The notes beneath the pieces are model-generated. The model worked only from the letters and a program-made list of their open reading frames with translations. It searched no databases and was not told the origin of the DNA. The position numbers and the translations under genes were made by a program. From Promethearchaeota archaeon (GTDB lineage: Archaea; Asgardarchaeota; Lokiarchaeia; Sigyniarchaeales; SOKP01), in NCBI GenBank assembly GCA_016926735.1, contig JAFGOA010000079.1, positions 1 to 59,034 on the forward strand: 59,034 bases of DNA, read 5' to 3'. Below, piece by piece: positions 38,494 to 47,550 of this stretch (position 1 is the first letter of the stretch; every line of letters begins with the position of its first letter).

Positions 38494-39405
38494 TTATTCA
38501 CCTTTACTTTGTCGCCTTCTATATATTATATAAGCAAAAGACAGGAAGATTAAAATATATATGAACATTCCTAGTAAAGCGCCTAATTCATTTGGAGTTA
38601 ACCATGTTTTAATTTCTTCTCCCCCACCAAATCCTCCTTGTGGTAGTGGTCCATATCTTTCAATAGGCATTGCTAAACTTTGACCTATAATTAATCCAAA
38701 ATAATTAAATAAAAAGAACATTGGTATTTCATTGTTTTTTAGCGCGCCAGAATATGCTAAGATAAATGGTATCATTTCCATAACAATTAATACGAAAAAA
38801 ATACTTGTGATGATTGTAAATGAAGCATTTTTCATAAAACTACTTAGGAATGTTACAAATGAAATTAGAACCATTGTGTATAGTAAAGCCCATCCAATAG
38901 AATTAAATATTGTAGTACTAACTTCTCCATATTTAATAAAAGCAATTATAGAGACTAAAGTATAGAAAAATACAATACATATTGCATTTAATATATAATT
39001 AGAGACTAATCTTCCAATAAGTAATTTTGATTTAGTTATTTTTGGAAATAATAAATTTCCTGTTTGTCTATAGAAATCTTCTGCTATGATAGGTCCAGCA
39101 AATGTAGCGCAACTTATTAAAAGAGCCATTGTAAAGAATCCACCAATATAATTACTCATAAGAGTTGCTGAATTTGTAGGAGCGAATTCACCCATTAGAT
39201 CCCATAAGAATTCATTCATTGCAAAAGATAACATAAATAAACTAAAATATACAAATAGCATTACATATAACTTCTTTAAATTTTTCTTGAGTTCAAATGT
39301 GATTGTATCAGCTATTTGTATTAGATCTCTTCTAATACCTATTTTTTGTCTTTTTACTTCTGTATCTTCATATTCACGTTTTTTTAATATTCGAATTTGT
39401 TCCAT
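38494..39405 (-). CDS. ABC-2 type exporter permease (copy 2)
   Basis: About 6 TM; IIAEDFYRQTGNLLFPKI motif. Confidence 0.88.
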   Translation of the reverse strand: MEQIRILKKREYEDTEVKRQKIGIRRDLIQIADTITFELKKNLKKLYVMLFVYFSLFMLSFAMNEFLWDLMGEFAPTNSATLMSNYIGGFFTMALLISCATFAGPIIAEDFYRQTGNLLFPKITKSKLLIGRLVSNYILNAICIVFFYTLVSIIAFIKYGEVSTTIFNSIGWALLYTMVLISFVTFLSSFMKNASFTIITSIFFVLIVMEMIPFILAYSGALKNNEIPMFFLFNYFGLIIGQSLAMPIERYGPLPQGGFGGGEEIKTWLTPNELGALLGMFIYILIFLSFAYIIYRRRQSKGE

Positions 39406-39408
39406 TTT

Positions 39409-40479
39409 TTATACCTCCATTGATATTTCTTTTAGTTTCTGATTTTCATCAAATTTCTTATCAAGATATTGAGTTTTTTCACTTGAAGTAAGATCAATAA
39501 ACAAATTCTCAAGTAACCCTGCTTTTGGTACAGAAAATTCAATTATTTCATATTCATGTCTCAGAAGTGTCTTTAAGATTATTAACTGGTTTTTAGGATC
39601 ACCATTAAATAGAACTTGAAATATTTTGTTGTCTTTATTGTAATTTAACCAATTTAAGTCATCAGAAACACCAATAAAAGGAATTAAAATTTCTCTAATA
39701 TGTTCTAGTATTCTATCTAATTCATTATCTTCTGGATGATTAAGTAACTCAATATTTATAATACTTTTTTGATTTTTAGATTCTAAATTATCGAGTGTAT
39801 CAAAAGCAACAATTTTCCCTCGATTTATAATTGCAATTCTATCTGCTACTTCACTAACTTCATAAAGTAAATGACTACTAAGAAAAATCGTTTTTCCTTT
39901 ATTTTTTAAATTTAAAATAAAATCACGGATTTCTCTTCTTGCTTGTGGATCTAATCCTGTTGTTGGTTCATCTAAAACAACAATATCTGGATTATGAATT
40001 ATAGCTGAGGCAATACCAATTTTTTGTCTCATACCTTTTGAGAAAGTTTTAATTTTCTTATCAATCCAATTCATCATTCCAAAAGTCTCAAGTACCTCTT
40101 CAATTCGTTGATTGACCTTTTTCTTTGGATATCCCTTAAGTTCAGCAAAATATTTTAAAATCATACGAGGAGATACATTTCCATAAAATGCCGGATTTTC
40201 AATTAGAAATCCAATATTATTTAATAAATAATCTTTATTATGATTAGAAAGTTTTTCTAATTTTCCATTTCCGCGAATCCAAATTTCGCCTTTTGTAGGT
40301 TTTAAGAGATATGCCATCATCTTCATGGTTGTAGATTTGCCTGCTCCATTTGGACCAAGAAATCCGATGATTTCACCTCTTTTTATATCAATATTAATAT
40401 TTGAAACAGCTTGAAAATCTCCGAACTTCTTTGAAAGATTTTTAAAACTAATTATTATATTGTCGTTGTTTATTTTCAT
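39409..40479 (-). CDS. ABC exporter ATP-binding protein (copy 2)
   Basis: GPNGAGKST, FSKGMRQK, LDEPTTGLDP, SSHLL. Confidence 0.92.
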   Translation of the reverse strand: MKINNDNIIISFKNLSKKFGDFQAVSNINIDIKRGEIIGFLGPNGAGKSTTMKMMAYLLKPTKGEIWIRGNGKLEKLSNHNKDYLLNNIGFLIENPAFYGNVSPRMILKYFAELKGYPKKKVNQRIEEVLETFGMMNWIDKKIKTFSKGMRQKIGIASAIIHNPDIVVLDEPTTGLDPQARREIRDFILNLKNKGKTIFLSSHLLYEVSEVADRIAIINRGKIVAFDTLDNLESKNQKSIINIELLNHPEDNELDRILEHIREILIPFIGVSDDLNWLNYNKDNKIFQVLFNGDPKNQLIILKTLLRHEYEIIEFSVPKAGLLENLFIDLTSSEKTQYLDKKFDENQKLKEISMEV

Positions 40480-40580
40480 TTTTATCGATTTTATTTAGTT
40501 TATATCTTAAAAAAAAAAAATAATAAAATGAATTTTAAATTTATATAGACCAATTTTTAAAAAAAAAGAAGAAAAGAAAT

Positions 40581-41480
40581 TTATTCACTTTTGCTTTGTC
40601 TTCTTTGATATAAGATATAAGCAAGGGTTAAAAAGATTATAATATAAATTATCATTCCAAGTGCTGCTCCAAATTCACTTGGAGTTGACCATTGAGAATA
40701 TTCAAGAGCAGGGGGATGAGTAATAGTTTCATAACGTACTGCTGGCATATTAAGACATTCACTAATGATGTTCCCAAAATATGAGAATATGAAAAACATT
40801 GGTATCTCATTATTTTCTACAACTCCAGAATAGCTTAAAATAACAGGGACCATTTGCATCACAATTAATAAAAAAAGTATACTAGTTATAATTGTAAATG
40901 ATGTATTTTTCATGAAACTGCTAAGAAAAGATACAAAGCATAACAATACAAAAGAATATAATAGGGCCCAACCAATAGAATAAAATATTTTTAAATCTAC
41001 TTCTTGATATTTTATAAACGAAGTTGTAGCTACCAGGACATAGAAAAATAATATACATAATGCATTTAGAATATATCTAGAAATTAATCTTCCAACAAGC
41101 AGACGGGTTTTACTTATTTTAGGAAATAATAAATTTCCTGTTTGTCTATAGAAATCTTCTGCAATTATCGATCCTCCAAACATTGCTGCACTTATGATAA
41201 GAGCAAGAATAAAAAATTGACCAATATAATTCTGCATAAGTGATATTGAATCTGTAGGTGCAAATTCTCCCATTAAATCATAGAGAAGTTCATTCATTAG
41301 AAGAGATAAGAAAAATATACCCGCATAAACAATTAATAACACTATGAATCGTCTAAAATTCCTTTTTAATTCAAAAGATATAGTATTATTTATTTGCATT
41401 ATATCTCTTCTTAAACCTACTTTTTGCCTTTCTATATTAATTTGTTCTGTTACTATATTATTTTTTAAAATAGATACCAT
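40581..41480 (-). CDS. ABC-2 type exporter permease (copy 1)
   Basis: Paralog of 38494-39405 sharing long identical blocks. Confidence 0.88.
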   Translation of the reverse strand: MVSILKNNIVTEQINIERQKVGLRRDIMQINNTISFELKRNFRRFIVLLIVYAGIFFLSLLMNELLYDLMGEFAPTDSISLMQNYIGQFFILALIISAAMFGGSIIAEDFYRQTGNLLFPKISKTRLLVGRLISRYILNALCILFFYVLVATTSFIKYQEVDLKIFYSIGWALLYSFVLLCFVSFLSSFMKNTSFTIITSILFLLIVMQMVPVILSYSGVVENNEIPMFFIFSYFGNIISECLNMPAVRYETITHPPALEYSQWSTPSEFGAALGMIIYIIIFLTLAYILYQRRQSKSE

Positions 41481-41483
41481 TTT

Positions 41484-42554
41484 TTATTCCTCCATTAGAA
41501 TTGACTTTTTATTTTCAATTTTATTAAAACCATTATCAGACGGATTAGAAACGCTATTTGAGACAAGATCAATGAAGAGATTCTCGAGTAACCCTGCTTT
41601 TGGAACAGAAAATTCAATTACTTCAAAATTATTTGCCAGTAAAGTCTTCAATATTGAGAATTGATTCTTAGGATCTCCATTAAAAAAGATTTGAAATGTC
41701 TTTGTATCATGATTGTATTTTATCCAGTTTAAATCTTTAGTAATCCCTGTTAGAGGTGTTAGTATTTCTTTTAAATTATCCAATATATTATTAAGATCTT
41801 GCTCCTCAGGATGATTTAATAATTCGATATGAATGACACTTTTTTTAGCTTTAGCTTCCAAATTATCAAGTGTATCAAAAGCAACAATCTTTCCTCGATT
41901 TATTATTGCAATTCTATCAGCAACTTCACTCACTTCATAAAGTAAGTGACTACTAAGAAATATAGTTTTACCGATTTTTTTTAGTTTTAAAATAAAATCA
42001 CGAACTTCTCTTCTTGCTTGAGGATCTAATCCTGTTGTTGGTTCATCTAAAACAACAATATCAGGATTATGAATTATCGCTGAGGCAATTCCGATTTTTT
42101 GCCGCATTCCTTTTGAAAATGTCTTGATTTTTTTATCAATCCAATCAGACAATCCAAACATATCAATAACGTCTTCAATTCGTTGATTTACTTTTTTAAT
42201 TGGATAACCCTTAAGTTCAGCAAAATATTTTAAAATCATACGAGGTGAGACATTACCATAGAAAAATGGATTTTCGATTAGAAAACCTACATTATCTAAT
42301 AAATAATCTTTATTATGATTTGATAATTTCTCTAAATTTCCATTTACTCGAATCCAAATTTCACCTTCAGTTGGTTTTAAAAGATAAGCCATCATTTTCA
42401 TGGTAGTGGATTTACCAGCACCATTAGGACCAAGAAATCCAACAATTTCCCCATTATTTATTTCAATATTAACATTTGAAACAGCATAGAAATCACCAAA
42501 TTTCTTGGAAAGATTTTTAAACCTTACAATTGCGTTTTCACTAATTTCTTTCAT
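41484..42554 (-). CDS. ABC exporter ATP-binding protein (copy 1)
   Basis: Same motifs and near-identical core to 39409-40479. Confidence 0.92.
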   Translation of the reverse strand: MKEISENAIVRFKNLSKKFGDFYAVSNVNIEINNGEIVGFLGPNGAGKSTTMKMMAYLLKPTEGEIWIRVNGNLEKLSNHNKDYLLDNVGFLIENPFFYGNVSPRMILKYFAELKGYPIKKVNQRIEDVIDMFGLSDWIDKKIKTFSKGMRQKIGIASAIIHNPDIVVLDEPTTGLDPQARREVRDFILKLKKIGKTIFLSSHLLYEVSEVADRIAIINRGKIVAFDTLDNLEAKAKKSVIHIELLNHPEEQDLNNILDNLKEILTPLTGITKDLNWIKYNHDTKTFQIFFNGDPKNQFSILKTLLANNFEVIEFSVPKAGLLENLFIDLVSNSVSNPSDNGFNKIENKKSILMEE

Positions 42555-42563
42555 TTTTTAAAG

Positions 42564-43106
42564 TTATTCCTTTTTATCGATTTTATTTTTGATTTTCTCA
42601 AGTAATTGATTTAGATTTTGTATAAGAATTTCAATTTTCGTTTTCAATTTATGAAGTTCATCTGAATTACTTCCTTCAATTATTTTATTGACATGAGAAA
42701 GGAAGAGTCTCGGGATTGGAAATGGAGAATCCCTTTTTATATGATCATTTATTCTCAATTTAGCAATTGAATTAATAGAAGTCAATATTTTAGTATGTCT
42801 TTCATGAATTAATTCAAGTGCTTTCTCTCCTTTTTTAGTAATTTGATATACCTTTCGTGTTCTTTCTCCATCTTTTTTTTCATTATAATCAATGAAATTC
42901 TTTTCACATAATGATTTTAATATTGGATATATAGAAGAAGCTGTAGCATTCCATATTGGATTTTCTTCAAAATTTTTTATAATTTGATATCCATGAGAAG
43001 AACCATTTGATAACATAGCTAGAACTACTATTTGAATAAACCCTCTTTTCATTTGTTTTTCCATTCTATCAACAAATTTCTTTGCATCTTCGTTTAAATC
43101 GGACAT
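42564..43106 (-). CDS. PadR family transcriptional regulator
   Basis: RGFIQIVVLAML...HGYQII...SSIYPILKSL...RKVYQITKKG. Confidence 0.9.
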   Translation of the reverse strand: MSDLNEDAKKFVDRMEKQMKRGFIQIVVLAMLSNGSSHGYQIIKNFEENPIWNATASSIYPILKSLCEKNFIDYNEKKDGERTRKVYQITKKGEKALELIHERHTKILTSINSIAKLRINDHIKRDSPFPIPRLFLSHVNKIIEGSNSDELHKLKTKIEILIQNLNQLLEKIKNKIDKKE

Positions 43107-43126
43107 TAAAAATCATTGTTTTATAG

Positions 43127-43160
43127 ATCAATTATTGATATATCGTTATTGTGATATATC
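43127..43160. promoter_or_regulatory. Probable PadR operator
   Basis: ATCAATTATTGAT palindrome and TGATATATC twice; resembles 38379-38410. Confidence 0.55.
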
Positions 43161-43379
43161 GGAATAATTATATAAATTTAACTATTTTTTTTAACCTTAA
43201 TTTTACATTTTGGAATTTACAATATAATTTTTAGAAAATTATAATTTTAAAAAGAACTAAGATATTAATAAAAAGAATTTAAAAAGAGAAATGATTGCTA
43301 TAATATTTTTGGAAATATTCTTTTCTAAATGTAGTTTACTCAAATAAAATTTAAAAAAAAAGTATTTATAGTTTTTATT

Positions 43380-44780
43380 TTATTTTTTACTAATTTTTTT
43401 CCATTTATATAGGCTTAAAGGAATGATTGTTGTAAATATTCCGAAGATTACTAACATCAAATCATATCCTGGAACAGTATCGTCTTTTATAACTTGAATA
43501 CATATCGTTTCATTGATCGAATTACCAATCCAATCAGATGCAAAAATAGTTAAATTATACGTACCAACGTTCAAATTGATCTTATTAGTAATTAATCCTG
43601 TTAAACTATCAATCATAAAATTAACAGTATCATTTATGAAATAAACTATATACCCGCTATCATCTGTAGCATTTACATCATAATAGAAAGGTTTTCCATA
43701 TGTAATGTTTTGATCAATAGGTACTTCAGTCCAAGTTGGTGGATTCCTATCATATTCTCGTCCTGTTGATACTAAATTTAAAATCATTCTTGTTTTCATT
43801 GGAATCGCATCATTTGTCGATTCAGTAACAAGTTGTTGATATTCATTATTTGCATTACACCATCCACTCCAATAATATGAACTAGTGGTATACCAATAAC
43901 CATTAACGAAACATGGAATTTCAGGAATATCCATACAGAAAATTTCTTGAATTCTACTTAAGGTCTGGTTATAAATAACTGGATCTGATTGATTTTCTAA
44001 TGTTAAGTACAATGAATTAAATTCTTTGGATAAATCATCATGCCATCCTGTGATATTAATGTTCCAATCTTTAAATTCTCTCCATCCATTAAAGAATACT
44101 TCTGGAGTTTCAATCACTTTAGGTTCACCACATGACGCTCCAAGGTCGTAATTACGGTCTGTCCATAGATGGGACCAAGTGTTCCATCCTACATAATCTA
44201 TATCGATTATTTCAGAATTAACAGGAATACCAAAATCGGTAAAGGATTCACAAACTAATTCTGTAAAGGTTCTTACATCAAGCCAAGTTTGTGGGCAAAT
44301 CATTGTCCATACAGCCCCACTAGGGTTGCCATCCTCATAACCGAGAGCCCCATATTTATCGGAAACCCAACTACCATCAGGTTGTTTTTCACAACCATGA
44401 TCCTCTAAAATTTGAGCTGCTTTAGTTGTGTTGTAGCTTCTTCTATATTGATCAGCTAAAGTTTTGTTAAAGTATGGATTTTGTACAGTTGAAAAATTAT
44501 CTAAAAAGGTAGGTTCAGCTCTTCTTGTATATCCACTTGCAGCTGCGGCTGGAATTGGATCATAATCAATCATCCATGCCATAGCTTCTCTTAACAATGT
44601 TTCATTGAATGGTGCTCTTTCATGGTTAAAAGCAACATTTACCATTGAAGCTAAAGCTGCTTGGTAAGGGGGTAACTGACCATACCATGATCCAGCATAA
44701 TTCAAGAAAGGATTAGTTTCAAAATCGTTCCACATTTCTTCATAATATCCTGCATGAAGGTCTATTTCTCTGCTCTTCAT
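43380..44780 (-). CDS. N-terminally truncated family-5 (peptide/nickel) solute-binding protein fused to a cadherin/Ig-like domain and a PGF/Loki-CTERM-like anchor; possible pseudogene
   Basis: FNHERAPFNETLLREAMAWMID, YNTTKAAQILEDHG, IQEIFCMDIPEIP; DRNPPTW...YDVNATD; VPGY + TM + KWKK tail; no signal peptide, in-frame TAA 7 codons upstream of ATG. Confidence 0.7.
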   Translation of the reverse strand: MKSREIDLHAGYYEEMWNDFETNPFLNYAGSWYGQLPPYQAALASMVNVAFNHERAPFNETLLREAMAWMIDYDPIPAAAASGYTRRAEPTFLDNFSTVQNPYFNKTLADQYRRSYNTTKAAQILEDHGCEKQPDGSWVSDKYGALGYEDGNPSGAVWTMICPQTWLDVRTFTELVCESFTDFGIPVNSEIIDIDYVGWNTWSHLWTDRNYDLGASCGEPKVIETPEVFFNGWREFKDWNINITGWHDDLSKEFNSLYLTLENQSDPVIYNQTLSRIQEIFCMDIPEIPCFVNGYWYTTSSYYWSGWCNANNEYQQLVTESTNDAIPMKTRMILNLVSTGREYDRNPPTWTEVPIDQNITYGKPFYYDVNATDDSGYIVYFINDTVNFMIDSLTGLITNKINLNVGTYNLTIFASDWIGNSINETICIQVIKDDTVPGYDLMLVIFGIFTTIIPLSLYKWKKISKK

Positions 44781-44977
44781 TTTTAAATAATTTATATATT
44801 AAGATTAGATACCTCGTTTTACTTTTATTGGATAAATTTCGCATTTCAATGATATAGTAGTTATCAATATTAATTTCCTTGCTCCTAAGTTTAAGAAAAT
44901 ACCTTTTGATAACCAAGATCGAGAATTTATTTTTATTTTCAATATATTATCATATTGGATAATATCAAAATATTATT

Positions 44978-45739
44978 TTAAGAAGTCCATAATTTTGGAA
45001 ATATTATTTTTGTATTTTGGTATATTCTATTTTCTAATTCCTCATTTGAAATATTTTTAATATCACAAATTTCTGATAATACATTTCTAATCATTGATGG
45101 CATACCTATTTTACCAGAATAATTTACAGGACCATCACTTTCTAGTAATAGATGATTTAAATCAATTGAGTCCACTACTTTTTTAATTATAGGAGAATGA
45201 GAGATTGCAGGTGTAATTGAAAAGAAATAACCACGATCAATTCCTGTTTTTATATATTTTTCTGGTCCAGAATACCAATGAATATTTATATTTGTGATCT
45301 TAAAAGAAGTTAAAATTTCAAAAATTTCTTGTTCAGCACCTTTAGTATGGAGATTTATAGGTAAATTAAGTTTCTGAGCCAATTCAAGCATATCTAAAAA
45401 TAATTTCTTTTGAAGGGGGTAAAGATCCTTATCTTTTATAAAATAATGATCCATACCAATCTCTCCTATAGCACATATTTGTTCTTTATTTTGAATAATA
45501 TATTCATTGATTTCATCTAACTGGTTTTCAATATTTTTATTCATCAATGTTTCTTCTGGATGAATTCCTAAAGCAGGATAGATCATTTTATGATTTTGCG
45601 CAATCTCAATAGTTCTTTCAAGACTTAAAAAGCTCATTCCAACAGTTATTATTTTTTCAACGTTGGCTTTTTTTGCCTCATCAAGTACATTATCGAGTTC
45701 TAAATAAAGATTAGCATGACAATGGACATCAATTAGCAT
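44978..45739 (-). CDS. tatD: TatD family deoxyribonuclease
   Basis: IDVHCH, GIHPE, AIGEIGMD, LH, HWYSG, LLLESDGP. Confidence 0.92.
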   Translation of the reverse strand: MLIDVHCHANLYLELDNVLDEAKKANVEKIITVGMSFLSLERTIEIAQNHKMIYPALGIHPEETLMNKNIENQLDEINEYIIQNKEQICAIGEIGMDHYFIKDKDLYPLQKKLFLDMLELAQKLNLPINLHTKGAEQEIFEILTSFKITNINIHWYSGPEKYIKTGIDRGYFFSITPAISHSPIIKKVVDSIDLNHLLLESDGPVNYSGKIGMPSMIRNVLSEICDIKNISNEELENRIYQNTKIIFPKLWTS

Positions 45740-45804
45740 TTTAATATTCCATTTATAATTTATTAAATAAAAGAATGTGATTTCTGAAATGTAGTAATTT
45801 TAAT

Positions 45805-46137
45805 TTAAAAAGTATTTACTTTTTCTCTTAACTTTACTATCTTCATAACTAGATCAAACTTCCTATTTTCAGGATAATTGTTTGATTCTAATATAAAATT
45901 TAATTTTTCCAATCGGTTTAGAAAAAGATTTTTTAAATCATCTTTTGTTACATGCCCTAATAATTTAGGTAGAGGTTCTATTTTGTTAAGTTTTTTTGCT
46001 CTTAATTGTGAAATAGCTTTTGCTACTTGAGCTTGCACTCCTTGTGAATTATTTTCATGAATATGTTCTAATGAATCAAATGATACTTTTAACCCATTTA
46101 TAAAAGCTTCTAAATCTTCAATATCAATTTGATCCAT
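45805..46137 (-). CDS. Hypothetical helical protein
   Basis: 110-aa ORF with typical composition. Confidence 0.65.
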   Translation of the reverse strand: MDQIDIEDLEAFINGLKVSFDSLEHIHENNSQGVQAQVAKAISQLRAKKLNKIEPLPKLLGHVTKDDLKNLFLNRLEKLNFILESNNYPENRKFDLVMKIVKLREKVNTF

Positions 46138-46294
46138 AAATTCTTATACCAAAAGTATAAATTGATTATAAATAATAAAATAAAATAATTATTTATATCT
46201 TTATTATTAAAAAGCTTGATATATATACATATATGAAGATAAGGCTATTTTTATTAAAATTAAAAAATTAATGAGAAATAAAAAAAAATAGATT

Positions 46295-46753
46295 TTATAT
46301 TAGAGTAAAATATCTAAGAATTAAGAAAACACCGATCCAGAGAGCTAATCCAATAATTCCTATTACATAATAAGGCCAAACTTTCTTATTGTATTTGAAA
46401 ATTAAATGAGCAAGTATCCACATTCCCAACCCTCCTATACCTACGAGAATGATATCTGTTATTATATTTGCAACACTATCTCTTCTTCCTTCGAATTTTA
46501 GTCCAAAATGATATAATAAGATATTTTCAATAAATTCCCATAAAATAGCAAATCCAACGGTTATAAGAAAAACAGCCCATAAGGGTAGTTTTACTTGTCC
46601 TGTTCCATTACTTTTTGACATGGGAATTGTATAAAAAAGCGAGAATATTAGAAAAATACCGATACCCATACATATATGTCCAACGCTAAAGAAATCAAAC
46701 CAAGAGATTCCTACTTCACTAACATCAAGGGCGATTAACCAATTAAATAACAT
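46295..46753 (-). CDS. Membrane protein, DUF2585-like (putative intramembrane metal site)
   Basis: FFSVGHICMG, WEFIEN, DSVANIITD within TM helices. Confidence 0.65.
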   Translation of the reverse strand: MLFNWLIALDVSEVGISWFDFFSVGHICMGIGIFLIFSLFYTIPMSKSNGTGQVKLPLWAVFLITVGFAILWEFIENILLYHFGLKFEGRRDSVANIITDIILVGIGGLGMWILAHLIFKYNKKVWPYYVIGIIGLALWIGVFLILRYFTLI

Positions 46754-47069
46754 TATAATCTGTTTAAATTGATTTTAATTACATTAATGATAAGAATATT
46801 ACCTAATAAATTTGTTTAATTTTTAAAAATTCAAATTTTCAACTGATAATTATTAAGAACATTTATGAAGTGGTTTAATTGATTATTGCAGATGAAAAAC
46901 AAGTTCTTTTTTTATGAGATTTTTAGAATATAATTTCATAAAAAAAAAGTAATATATAAAAACAAGTATCTTTCGATAATCTTGATAATTTTATATTATC
47001 TTTTATTTTCTATAATAGAATTTATGAAAGAATTGTTTTTATGTTAAAATTCCTTATAATTTTATCTTA

Positions 47070-47282
47070 TTATCGGTCTTCTTTAACAGTTATAGAAACG
47101 ATTTTGTCAAGTGGGATATATGTATTGACTTGTTGATCAGGATTTCCGCCAATAAATACTTTTATATAATCCTCTTGAATCTCTTTGATAATACCCCAAG
47201 ATATTTCTTTATTATCGACCAGTTTAAAAGAAATCTCCCCTTCAAAGTCCTTAAATTGCACTAATTTTGTCTTTAAATCCAT
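47070..47282 (-). CDS. Small protein with Sm/Hfq-like beta-barrel pattern
   Basis: GEISFKL...GIIKEIQEDYIKV...YIPLDKIVSI; GTGA upstream of ATG. Confidence 0.6.
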   Translation of the reverse strand: MDLKTKLVQFKDFEGEISFKLVDNKEISWGIIKEIQEDYIKVFIGGNPDQQVNTYIPLDKIVSITVKEDR

Positions 47283-47550
47283 TTTTTTATCACTTTTCTA
47301 AAATTGAAGCATAATTTTTATTTTTGTTTCTATTGATTATGCTATTTCTAAATTTTCTAATAGATTGATTAATTATATTAATTTGTTTATATATCCTATT
47401 TTTAAGATATTTATAATATGTCTAATTTTAATCAATATTAAAGCCCCTTTGGAATAAGATTGAAATTTTAGATTTTTTAGAATCCAATTCTTTTTTATGT
47501 TTTCAAAAATTATACAGATTAAATCCTTATATAAATTGAGATGATTTTTT

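Larger units (their letters stand above)
38494..42554 (-). repeat. Tandem duplication of an approximately 2-kb ATPase+permease unit
   Basis: Units 40581-42554 and 38494-40479 encode close paralogs (both ATPases 356 aa) and share DNA blocks such as GGATCTAATCCTGTTGTTGGTTCATCTAAAACAACAATATC. Confidence 0.9.
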
